64,000 bases of DNA. Origin: a virus. Below, one piece after another: positions 18,028 through 27,610 of the stretch. The first letter of the stretch is position 1. Each line of letters starts with the position of its first letter. The stretch spans positions 41,824-105,823 of IMG/VR virus record IMGVR_UViG_3300013286_000725; one strand, 5' to 3'. Under the pieces are notes generated by a model. It saw only the letters and a program-made list of their open reading frames with translations. It was not told the DNA's origin and did not search any database. The position numbers and the translations under genes were made by a program.

Positions 18028-18344
18028 CCCCGGGGAGAGTTTTCCCTAAAGATGTAGTTGAACACTGGCCCGAGGTATTTGGGGAAATCACACTCAATGT
18101 GATCCCCCTCAAATATCTTGATTCAATTACTGTAACTTTTAAAAATAAAAAGATTTGGGAAATCAAAGTTAGCGACCAGCAAGCTCAAGAAAATTGGGAA
18201 TCATTTGAAATGAATCTCAAAGAGATGCTGAGTTCTTACGAAAGTGAGATCGACAATGTTGACTTTAAATTAGATACAGAGCGTGTCAAAAAAGACATGA
18301 TTAAAAATACCAATAATTTTTTACGAAAGAAAAAATTAAAATGA
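18024..18344 (+). CDS. Hypothetical protein
   Basis: GTGA overlap; HWPEVF motif. Confidence 0.7.
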   Translation: MTPGRVFPKDVVEHWPEVFGEITLNVIPLKYLDSITVTFKNKKIWEIKVSDQQAQENWESFEMNLKEMLSSYESEIDNVDFKLDTERVKKDMIKNTNNFLRKKKLK

Positions 18345-19003
18345 ATGTTAAATTGTTATCCTATTCACAACCAACAGCTGAATTTGCATCCTTGGGCATT
18401 GCAGATGCACAAGAACTCATTGCGTATTGCGCCCGTGTCAGCAATCCCAGCAATCAGCTCAATACAGAAACAAGCGAAAAACTCATACGATACCTCATCA
18501 AACACCAACACTGGAGCCCTCTTGAAATGGTTTCGGCTTGTATTGAAATTACTACTACTAGAGATATTGCTAGACAGATACTTCGACATCGTAGTTTCAG
18601 CTTTCAAGAGTTCAGTCAACGCTATGCTGATCCAACAAAGGATCTAGACTTTGTTACCCGAGAAGCTAGACTGCAAGACACAAAGAATCGACAAAACAGC
18701 GTAGAAACATCTGATGCAGAGTTAACTGCTTGGTGGGATGCACAACAAAAGTTTGTGATTGAGAATGTACAAAGAATCTATACAGAAGCAATTGAACGAG
18801 GCATAGCCAAAGAGCAGGCTCGTGCAGTATTACCGGAAGGACTTATTGAAAGTCGGTTATACATGAACGGTACACTGCGTAGCTGGATACACTATATTGA
18901 CTTGCGGTCAGCTAACGGAACACAACTAGAGCATCAAGAAATTGCCCTAGCCTGTGCCAAAGTTATTGCAGAGATATTTCCTCTAGCTGACCTTCTAGAA
19001 TAA
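18341..19003 (+). CDS. thyX: Flavin-dependent thymidylate synthase
   Basis: HWSPLE, RHRSFSFQEFSQRY, AKEQARAVLP. Confidence 0.97.
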   Translation: MNVKLLSYSQPTAEFASLGIADAQELIAYCARVSNPSNQLNTETSEKLIRYLIKHQHWSPLEMVSACIEITTTRDIARQILRHRSFSFQEFSQRYADPTKDLDFVTREARLQDTKNRQNSVETSDAELTAWWDAQQKFVIENVQRIYTEAIERGIAKEQARAVLPEGLIESRLYMNGTLRSWIHYIDLRSANGTQLEHQEIALACAKVIAEIFPLADLLE

Positions 19004-19022
19004 TCAAATTTATATATGGAAT

Positions 19023-19050
19023 AAAAATAGGCCTCTAAGGCCTATTTTTT
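19023..19050. terminator. Bidirectional intrinsic terminator between convergent modules
   Basis: AAAAATAGGCCT-CTA-AGGCCTATTTTTT. Confidence 0.85.
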
Positions 19051-22000
19051 AATAGCCGTTGCCGGTGGCTTGGTCTTGTCGCACATTAAGATATAATGGT
19101 TTATCACCAATGGCCATTGTAAAGTTACCGTATCCCAGCTGCAGGTTAGTTCTAGCTTGTATAGTATGTGTACCGTTTTGTAATGATGATAACTGTCGAC
19201 CATCAACACCGGCAATGGTTCCGCCAGGTGAGGCAAAATCTAATCCAGGGCCATGGCCGTATTTAGCACCATAGTCTAATGTAACACCGCTAGGATAACC
19301 ACTTATGGTTACAGTAAATTCTACTACATATGAATAGGCTGTATCTATAGTTTGATATTGATCAAATGTAATTGTTGGTATATCAGCTGTTACTACCATA
19401 AGAGCGCTGGTTTCTTTGCCAGTTGACGGCCATTTTATCCATAGATAATAAGTGCCAGCGGTTGCGCCTTGAAATGCGTTGGGTTTTTCCCAGGTAGTGT
19501 ATCCGCTTTGTGGTGGAGGGCCAACAAAACCAGTACCGTCAATATTAAGTGTATACGCTGGCTGGTAGACTGGAACAGTGTAAGGGGCAGCAATTGCAAA
19601 TATAAATGTTTCTCCTGGGATTCCGCTGACTCTGATCAATGTTCCAGTACTAGCAGAAAAAGTACTAGGACTTACATATACTGTTTGAGGGTAATTGCTA
19701 GTAACAACCGTAGACTCTGCATTACCTGGAAGATTAAACTCAAAAACACTTGAACCGCCACTACCACTTGCTGTCACTTGAATTTTGATATGATTACCCA
19801 AGGCAGCCGGTAACAATGTTCCATAGACTGCTTGATATCCAGGTCCAAATGTGCCATCGAGACTCACAGTATTGGCCGGAATTACTACAGTTGTTGCATT
19901 AATTGAAGCGTTGGTAATATTGAGATAAAGTACAAAATTATCGCCAACATTGCTATAATTTCCGCCAATACTGTATTGACTAAAGGTCGGTTTAGGTAGT
20001 ACAGGTGCTGCTGGCAGGCTAAAATAGAAATATCCAGTTCCAGTCTGACCGTAACTATCAGTCACCGTGATTGTGCCGGTATACTGCTGGCCGTAGGGCA
20101 TACTGCCGTCTGTAGTCATTAAGAAATAATGATTGTTATCAGGTATTCCTGTTTTGGGTCTGCCAAGGTAGGTATTTTGTATTGAGTATTGTGAGAACAG
20201 TACATCTGGATATCCGTTCAACACGGCACTGATACTGGTAAGAGCAGTCACTCCGGGTTGTGTTCCGTTAGTAGCGACTTTTATTGTGCTTGTATGGAAT
20301 GTGATTGCATTGGTTGCATTAGGAGTAAGTTGGCTGCTGAAACTGTTAGGTTTTCCTGAGAATGGTGCTTTAAAAATCTGAGTGTTGTCTTGTAGACCCA
20401 CACTGTCTATAGTCAATGCCGGAATAGCCACAGTATAACTCAATGTCAACACTTTGCCATTGGTAAAAGTAGCAGTGTATTGGTAAAATCCGTCTGCCGA
20501 ACAAACACCTAAATAGCCGCCAGTTTGGGATCCTATTAGATCAAAACTGATTGCTGAGCCGGCATAAATGCCGGTGGTTTGAGTACTTAAAGATATAGTC
20601 TTTCCACTGCCATATCTGGTATCTTGAGGACTACTAATAACCACATTGGTATTAGGGGCACCTTTAATAGAGAAATTTATAGGCTGTGCTCGATAAAAGG
20701 GACCGCCGTTGGCTGTGCCAACAAAACTACCTAGAGGCAGAACATCTATACCCGGTCCGTCAGTACCCCATGGGTTGCTGGTAAAAAACTGATAGTCAAT
20801 GTTTTGAACAGTTACATTAACTGTGTTAGATGTAATTGTTCCTTCGTAGGGGCGATCATACCATAACGATGCTGTTGCACTAAATGATAATCCGTTGGTA
20901 TCTCCTGAAGCGGTTGTATATGTAGTGGTGTAAGTTCCAGAACCTGTCATGTCAAGGCCGTTTTGACCATACCCAGTACTGCCCAACCCTCTATTGACGC
21001 CACCGCTGATTCTGTCTATGCTAAGTGTTAGAGCGTCGGTTACTCCAGTCACAGTAATTGTTAAAACATCCCCTACTCCAACAGTGCCGCTAGGACTTAC
21101 TGATATTGTTCCGGGATTGGCTTTAAAGAAAGCCTTTGCCGATATATCCGCCGGAATGGCTGTAACACTATATCCCGCTACCGATGAAATACTGTTGATG
21201 TGGCCGCTCCAAGTAATTCGACGACCAGCTTGGCCGCCAGTGAAAAAGGTAGCACTAGATCCGCCAACAATTTGACCGTTTGCATTTGCAGTAAATGAAA
21301 AAGATGTTGAACCATTACTTACACCCAATGTATCACCGCTGAAAGTACCAGTTCCCGATACTATTGCACCAGGGGGTAGATTTGCTATTGTAGTTCCAAC
21401 TTCGTATCCCCATTTTGTTGTTATACTATTTCCTGCTACTGCTGTGGCGCTAGGGCCAAGAGTCCAAACCCATGTTGGGGTTTTTGCAACTATAGTGTTA
21501 GCAGGTACTGTCACTGCACTGCTGTTAAATGATGTATAACCAGTTCTACTGACACTTAATGACACTGTGGTAGCAGGGTTACCACTAAGCACTTTACCTG
21601 TAAAAGTGCCGCTGTTGGCGCCGAAGAAATCAACCCTTGCTTGACTGCCGCTGGTAATGGTGCCGGTGTTGCTAGGTACGCTCAACCCTTGTGAGTACGG
21701 TGCGGTGCCGAAGGTCCAGCTGATCAAGCTGTTATATGTGTCGCCTAAAATTATAAATCCTTGATAAACTCCTGTTCCGGCTGTGTTAATAGTAAATGAA
21801 ACCAAATTGTCAGCACCCACTGTTGGGCCAGTTACTGATATAGTGGGCTTTCCTACGACATTGGTGTAGGTTATTTTTTGATTTAATGTCAGAGGTGGGC
21901 TAGATGCGTCTGTTACATATATACCGTATGACACCGTACCTGTCTGTGTTGGCGTATACGAAAATTGATTAGAGCCACCAGAAGAAAGTGGACCTGTTAC

Positions 22001-24976
22001 ACCAACAGGTGTTATAGTTTGAGAAGGTGAGTAAGAATATGGCGGTGTACCCCCACTGGCAGTGAAGATTTCCAAGTACGGTGTATCAACGGTGATGGTG
22101 GCGGTGATGTTTGTAGGACTTAGTGTCAGGGGCGCCAGAGCCGTTGATACAGTATAAGCCATTGAAGGACTTGTAGCAGAAACACCATATGGGTTAATAA
22201 TAGTTATTGTAAACGATCCACTACCAACAGTTGTTGGGGTGAATGAAAAGGTGCCGGTAATACTGCCGCCGGTACCAGTACCAGTTAATGGCGTAGCACC
22301 TGGAGCAGTAGTTGTTATACTTCTAGTAGTTCCTGGATAATTGGCCTCCCAGTAAACTGAAATAGATTTGCCACTAGTAACCGTTCCTGATGCCGGTGTG
22401 AGCGTTGGGCTTGACACCGATGGCGGAAAAATATTCATCGCTGTGACGGCCGGTGGACTTTCTCCACTACCGTCTGTTAGATATCCTCTCAAAGCTACAG
22501 TGGTAGAGGTGCCGCTTGTAGGTGCTGTGATAGTATAACCTGTACCGGTAGCGTTTTGTGCAGGCCATTGGGTAGCTGATTGCACTCCATTTACTGATAC
22601 TTTTACATAGCTGGCATTGGTGCTGGTCCAATTTACAGCAATATTAGTTTCACCGGCAAAGGCGCCGTTGTTACCTAGGACAGTAGTAATGCTAATACTA
22701 TCAACAGTAACGGCCGCTTGGGATGCCATGGTGTAGGTACCCAGTCCAGGACTCACTGATACCGTAGGTACTTGAGTGCTGGTAGGAGTTCCGATGACAA
22801 TTGTACCTTGCGTAGTTCCTCTTGCGCCGGCTGTGCTAATAGCTGCCGATGATTGAGTTTGTGTTGCACCTGTGGTTGGAAAAGTCAATGTTATTGGGCT
22901 ACCAGTAACGCTGGCTAAACTGCCTGTACCAGTATAGGGTACTGAAACTGTGATTGCTCCACTGACTGCGCTGGCAGGTACATCTAGTGTCCCTTGTACA
23001 ATTGCCTTGGTACTGTCTTTATAGGCACCACTGGTGTTGGGACTAAAGCTGATTGTGGCAGTTGTTGGCACTCTAGTAATCGTCATTGCAGTGGTTTGTG
23101 GACTGCTAGGACTTGTTGCTCCACTGAATGACACTGTGATATTTCCAGATGCTGAGTTGCCGCTAGCAAGATTAATTGAAACTGATAAATCTGTTAATCC
23201 GCTTACTTGAAAACTGGGAACTGTAGCAGCGGTTATAAGATTGCCGGTGCCCAAAGCGTAACCATTGACAATTACACCTGTTGGAAATACTATCGAGCTG
23301 ACTGTAACTGCGCCACCAGTACTGTTAAAGGTCCAGGTAACAACCGAACCGTTAGTACCTTTTTGTGTCATTGTGGTAGCTGTAACCCGTGCATTGTTAT
23401 CTGCAGGAAGTAGGTATGCAATAGGTGCATATCCACTCAGCGTAATACTTGCGGCGGAACTCATGTCAAATGTCAACGGACTGGTCGCTGTGGTTAATCC
23501 CGAACTAGTTCCCGGAGTGATAGTTATTCTACCTGCGCCTGTAGCACTGGCACCGCTCTGAGTAGCAATCTGTGTGGCCACGCCTTGAGCAAATGTAAAT
23601 GTATAGTTTCCTGCTGATATTCCGTTAATGGTACTGGTAAACGGCACTGTGACAGTTGTACTGGTAACTGCAGGATTGTTCAATACAGCAGTGACCGTAA
23701 ATCCGCTCTGATATGCGCCACTTGGAGTACTGATAGTTACCGTGTAGGTTGTTGGAGCAGATAAGCTGGTATCGTTAACTGTGATCTGACTGCTGGTTGC
23801 CAACAGTGTTCCGCTAGCCGAGACTGAGTGTATTTCAACACTGAAACTACTAGAGCCGTCAGTGGTGGCATTGGCAAATACTGTTCTTGTCAATGTTCCT
23901 GTGTTATTGTTGATGGTAACAGTGCCACTGTTTTGACTATCGCTAAACCGCTGGGCTGTCTTTGGAAATGTTGAACTTGGTGACAAGATCCAATATAGAA
24001 TTGTGCCGTTTGGAATGTTGGTACCTGTAACTGTAAAGGTCACAGTGTCACCTTCGTTCATCGAAGTCTTATCAGGTGTAATTGAGTAGTTACTTGACAC
24101 CACAGCGCCGCCGGCAAATCCTGATTGTGTTGCACTTGGTGCTGACAAACTGAATGCACCTGTTGGAGTAGATGCTTTGATTGTACTAGTAACTGTTGCG
24201 TCAACATTATCGTCTGGCGGGCCAACTGCATCATCTGCAAAGTTGACGGTCAGTGTTAACACACTGGGTGTTGTTGCGTTATCCACACGAGCTGATAATT
24301 TATAATAATTGTTGGCGTATGCACCGGTACTGTAGGTCTTGACTATTTGTGTGTCGACGGTACCTAAACTATAAAAAGTTGAATAGTCAATAGCAACTTC
24401 GCCTAGACCGGATAATAAGATAGTCCAGCTGGTATCCTTAGCAGTGGCAGTGCCGCCACTGGTACTAGCACTTGCACGGATTTTTCCGCCTGCGTTAAAG
24501 AAATATCTTGCGGCACTATTTGACCCAAATGTAACTGTTACAGTCTGTGTTAATATGTTATTCCAAGGCTGACTTGAGGTGCCAGATACCAAAGTACTGT
24601 CTGCCAGTTGATTAGCGCCAACTGAGAATTTATTTGTGGTGATGCTGTCGGCCATATAGTTAAATTGGCCTCGGATTGATTCGCTTATTGTGGTAACACC
24701 GCTTACTACATTTATCAAATTTGATCCGCTGTAGGAACTGGTTTCAAGACTAGTGCCCAGAGTGCCGCCTGTTTGATGTGTATAGGCTTTGGCAATATCA
24801 GCTCGTAAAGCAATGTATTCTGCTGCCGATATCGTATTACCGGTGACTACAGACGGGCTAGTAATCGTTTGGCCGTAGCCGCTCTGGCCGCTACCTGCGC
24901 CAAGTACTAGATCAACTTTTTGTTTTATAGTTGAATAGTCACCAGATTCTATTTTTTGACCAACACCTGCTGCCAT
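19049..24976 (-). CDS. Large tail fibre/adhesin-like virion protein with tandem Ig-like domains
   Basis: 1975 aa, T/S/G-rich beta repeats (SMNEGDTVTFTV; FTASGGTPPYSY); last gene of the tail module. Confidence 0.7.
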   Translation of the reverse strand: MAAGVGQKIESGDYSTIKQKVDLVLGAGSGQSGYGQTITSPSVVTGNTISAAEYIALRADIAKAYTHQTGGTLGTSLETSSYSGSNLINVVSGVTTISESIRGQFNYMADSITTNKFSVGANQLADSTLVSGTSSQPWNNILTQTVTVTFGSNSAARYFFNAGGKIRASASTSGGTATAKDTSWTILLSGLGEVAIDYSTFYSLGTVDTQIVKTYSTGAYANNYYKLSARVDNATTPSVLTLTVNFADDAVGPPDDNVDATVTSTIKASTPTGAFSLSAPSATQSGFAGGAVVSSNYSITPDKTSMNEGDTVTFTVTGTNIPNGTILYWILSPSSTFPKTAQRFSDSQNSGTVTINNNTGTLTRTVFANATTDGSSSFSVEIHSVSASGTLLATSSQITVNDTSLSAPTTYTVTISTPSGAYQSGFTVTAVLNNPAVTSTTVTVPFTSTINGISAGNYTFTFAQGVATQIATQSGASATGAGRITITPGTSSGLTTATSPLTFDMSSAASITLSGYAPIAYLLPADNNARVTATTMTQKGTNGSVVTWTFNSTGGAVTVSSIVFPTGVIVNGYALGTGNLITAATVPSFQVSGLTDLSVSINLASGNSASGNITVSFSGATSPSSPQTTAMTITRVPTTATISFSPNTSGAYKDSTKAIVQGTLDVPASAVSGAITVSVPYTGTGSLASVTGSPITLTFPTTGATQTQSSAAISTAGARGTTQGTIVIGTPTSTQVPTVSVSPGLGTYTMASQAAVTVDSISITTVLGNNGAFAGETNIAVNWTSTNASYVKVSVNGVQSATQWPAQNATGTGYTITAPTSGTSTTVALRGYLTDGSGESPPAVTAMNIFPPSVSSPTLTPASGTVTSGKSISVYWEANYPGTTRSITTTAPGATPLTGTGTGGSITGTFSFTPTTVGSGSFTITIINPYGVSATSPSMAYTVSTALAPLTLSPTNITATITVDTPYLEIFTASGGTPPYSYSPSQTITPVGVTGPLSSGGSNQFSYTPTQTGTVSYGIYVTDASSPPLTLNQKITYTNVVGKPTISVTGPTVGADNLVSFTINTAGTGVYQGFIILGDTYNSLISWTFGTAPYSQGLSVPSNTGTITSGSQARVDFFGANSGTFTGKVLSGNPATTVSLSVSRTGYTSFNSSAVTVPANTIVAKTPTWVWTLGPSATAVAGNSITTKWGYEVGTTIANLPPGAIVSGTGTFSGDTLGVSNGSTSFSFTANANGQIVGGSSATFFTGGQAGRRITWSGHINSISSVAGYSVTAIPADISAKAFFKANPGTISVSPSGTVGVGDVLTITVTGVTDALTLSIDRISGGVNRGLGSTGYGQNGLDMTGSGTYTTTYTTASGDTNGLSFSATASLWYDRPYEGTITSNTVNVTVQNIDYQFFTSNPWGTDGPGIDVLPLGSFVGTANGGPFYRAQPINFSIKGAPNTNVVISSPQDTRYGSGKTISLSTQTTGIYAGSAISFDLIGSQTGGYLGVCSADGFYQYTATFTNGKVLTLSYTVAIPALTIDSVGLQDNTQIFKAPFSGKPNSFSSQLTPNATNAITFHTSTIKVATNGTQPGVTALTSISAVLNGYPDVLFSQYSIQNTYLGRPKTGIPDNNHYFLMTTDGSMPYGQQYTGTITVTDSYGQTGTGYFYFSLPAAPVLPKPTFSQYSIGGNYSNVGDNFVLYLNITNASINATTVVIPANTVSLDGTFGPGYQAVYGTLLPAALGNHIKIQVTASGSGGSSVFEFNLPGNAESTVVTSNYPQTVYVSPSTFSASTGTLIRVSGIPGETFIFAIAAPYTVPVYQPAYTLNIDGTGFVGPPPQSGYTTWEKPNAFQGATAGTYYLWIKWPSTGKETSALMVVTADIPTITFDQYQTIDTAYSYVVEFTVTISGYPSGVTLDYGAKYGHGPGLDFASPGGTIAGVDGRQLSSLQNGTHTIQARTNLQLGYGNFTMAIGDKPLYLNVRQDQATGNGY

Positions 24977-24986
24977 TTTATGTCCT

Positions 24987-26486
24987 TTACAGTATTACTG
25001 CTTCAACTAATCTTTCTTCAACACTGTCATTATCTTCTAGTGCGATTGCAAATACCAAATGATCATACGACACATCTTCATTATCTAAATCGATAACACC
25101 ACTGATGCTGTTTTCACAACTGATTGCAGTTCCTCTGTTGAATGCTATTAGTCTGTCACCTTTGGCCACTGCATATTTGATTCTTACTGGCACACGCCCT
25201 TTTAGAGCAATATATGTTCCGCCTACTAGATCTTTATTCATCATAAACGCAGGTTTAGCACTGACCACGCCAAGTGCTCGGAAACCGGCTGCGCTTTCTG
25301 TAACCTCTGCTGATCCGCCTACAATCACCACAGTTCCAACCGGGTAATCTGCATCTGCTAGATATTTTTCTGCCAAGTCAGCATACTTTGCACTGGTTGC
25401 TGTGCCGGTAAATGTCACGGCTGCTAGGGCGCCACTGTTATCTCTAGCGGCAATAGTGTTGGCAGTGTTGGCAGTACTGGCAAATCTGTAGCTGCCAGTG
25501 TCAACTTGCAGTGCTTGAGCCTGTGTAGCAATACCATTAAAATTAGCGGCATAGACATTGGCATATCTGTAACTGACTGAACCAATATTAGTTGTGTTGT
25601 CAGTTCCAGGAATAATAGTGTTGCCAATCAACTGTAAAGGGGTTTGGAAACTGCCTGTATAAGTTTGAAATACAATAGTACTGCCTACTGCATTTTGAAT
25701 GTATGGGGTTCCGCTTTGGATAAAAACTTTAAGGTCGTTAGCACTGGTTCCTACAGTAAATCCACTGTCTGGAAAATTGCTTAATGCTGTGCTCAATACA
25801 AAATCACTGGGTAAATGGCCGCCCAATCTGTCAGCGTTGCTGGCTGTTCCATAAAATCTATCTGTGGTTGAAGTAATACCGTTGGTACTGGCCACAGTGT
25901 TTCTTAGGGTCATACCTGCTCTGATACGATCAAATCCTGTAATTGGATTAGCAGTACCTAAGGTAAATTCGTCTGAAGAAATAATATAAACAACATTGCC
26001 GTTGACTTTGGCTTGTATAATAGCGTGTGTTTGCGGGCTTACTGCATTGTCTTGTACACTGATACTTTGCATCTGTGTTTGACCAAAACCGGTAACACCC
26101 TGGGGACCAATCAGCTGAAAATTTGTTCCATCTATACTAGCATACAGTTGATTTGTGCTGGTTTGAAACCATAGGTCTCCGGTGGTCAATCCTGTTGGTT
26201 GCGTGGCACTGACCGCGGCACCGCCTGTGGTACGCCAAGAATTATTTTTATCATAGAATTTTAACTTGTTTGTCCCACTGTCGTACCAAACTTGTCCGCT
26301 AATAGCATTTGGCGGAGCAATTGTGCCTGAAAAATTTTCTAGTAACCAGACATAATTATCATTCTGGATCTCACCGTAGCCGGCATAATTTTTACCCACT
26401 AATCTGAGATCTGTTGTATTATCTAGTGTACCGTCTTGCACTACGGAAATAGTACTTCCGTTGTATCTGCGAATGCTGTATGGCAT
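24987..26486 (-). CDS. Tail fibre-like virion protein
   Basis: N-terminal GKNY..YG..LLENF..GQVWYD domain; C-terminal YADLAEKY...ALKGRVPV domain. Confidence 0.75.
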   Translation of the reverse strand: MPYSIRRYNGSTISVVQDGTLDNTTDLRLVGKNYAGYGEIQNDNYVWLLENFSGTIAPPNAISGQVWYDSGTNKLKFYDKNNSWRTTGGAAVSATQPTGLTTGDLWFQTSTNQLYASIDGTNFQLIGPQGVTGFGQTQMQSISVQDNAVSPQTHAIIQAKVNGNVVYIISSDEFTLGTANPITGFDRIRAGMTLRNTVASTNGITSTTDRFYGTASNADRLGGHLPSDFVLSTALSNFPDSGFTVGTSANDLKVFIQSGTPYIQNAVGSTIVFQTYTGSFQTPLQLIGNTIIPGTDNTTNIGSVSYRYANVYAANFNGIATQAQALQVDTGSYRFASTANTANTIAARDNSGALAAVTFTGTATSAKYADLAEKYLADADYPVGTVVIVGGSAEVTESAAGFRALGVVSAKPAFMMNKDLVGGTYIALKGRVPVRIKYAVAKGDRLIAFNRGTAISCENSISGVIDLDNEDVSYDHLVFAIALEDNDSVEERLVEAVIL

Positions 26487-26509
26487 TTGTTCTACCCCTT
26501 AACTTTATG

Positions 26510-26516
26510 TATTTAG
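26510..26516 (-). promoter_or_regulatory. Late promoter motif CTAAATA
   Basis: Intergenic, upstream of gene starting at 26486. Confidence 0.55.
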
Positions 26517-26524
26517 TGTAACCA

Positions 26525-27610
26525 TTACCATAAGTCATTCCAGGTACCGTTGTAAACCTGGGCTTTGTTAGTGGTTGTGTTGTAAATTATCTCACCGTAA
26601 TTAGCGGCCGATAAAGACCTATTATCCCTTGCAGTACTGGTATACTTGGGCAACATCAAACTTTGACTTGCTCTAAAACTACCTGCTACATCTAGCGTAT
26701 AAGCAGGACTGCTATTAAAAATGCCTACTTGCTGGTTGATACTTCTAACTGTGACTGCATCTACTGTGCCGGAAGAATTTTTTACTTTGATTAGGTAATC
26801 TTGTCCACTGGTATTACTAATCTGTTGAATAGCACTGCTAGACACATGAATTTCTGTATTCTGGCTTGATCCTAGAATCAACGGAACACTATTTTGTATA
26901 GTAACTGTGCCTACTGTACGAGTACTAGTATCAGTTGCCATAAAACTTTGGGCGGATTTTAAATTTCCACCTTGATCAACTAGTGCATTTGCTTTGCTGG
27001 CAGTAACATTAAATGTCAGTCCTGATAAAGTCCCTGCATTAAAACCAGGTTTAATTTCTCCTGAGAATCCAGCAATATTTGCTTTAGGAGTAAAGGGAGT
27101 AACTTCTTTGCTAAAGATTCCTAATAGAGTATTTGCAACACTTAATTTTACAACAAGTCGTCCTGTACCATTTGAATCTAATACAGTATCTACTGTTAGT
27201 CCACTAACACCGTCAGTGTACTTGTAGATAGGGCCTGCGAGCGTTTGACTAGTTCCGTCACTGAACCAAAGTTGTTTATTAGAACTGTCAATCCAAAAAT
27301 CACCTTGTACTAGATTTAAAGGTGGTGTTGCCTGTACTACTGGACCACTACTAGTTTTGAAGCTGACACCGTCGTAAACTTTAAGTCTATTTTGACTAGT
27401 ATCATACCAAAGTTGACCTGTGATAGCATGTGGCGGTTCACTGTCATTGGCAAAATTTTCTAATAGATGCACAAAGTTTGTATCTATAAATTGTCCGTAT
27501 CCGCTGGTATTTTTACCTATTAAGGTAAGGTCGGTGGCAAAATTGTCAGTTTTGGTATCAAGAATCTCTACTAGTAGAGTACCGTTAGTTTTATTAATTT
27601 GATAAGTCAT
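26525..27610 (-). CDS. Tail fibre-like virion protein (paralogue)
   Basis: Same N-terminal domain as neighbours; VGIFNSSPAYTLDVAG repeat. Confidence 0.75.
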   Translation of the reverse strand: MTYQINKTNGTLLVEILDTKTDNFATDLTLIGKNTSGYGQFIDTNFVHLLENFANDSEPPHAITGQLWYDTSQNRLKVYDGVSFKTSSGPVVQATPPLNLVQGDFWIDSSNKQLWFSDGTSQTLAGPIYKYTDGVSGLTVDTVLDSNGTGRLVVKLSVANTLLGIFSKEVTPFTPKANIAGFSGEIKPGFNAGTLSGLTFNVTASKANALVDQGGNLKSAQSFMATDTSTRTVGTVTIQNSVPLILGSSQNTEIHVSSSAIQQISNTSGQDYLIKVKNSSGTVDAVTVRSINQQVGIFNSSPAYTLDVAGSFRASQSLMLPKYTSTARDNRSLSAANYGEIIYNTTTNKAQVYNGTWNDLW

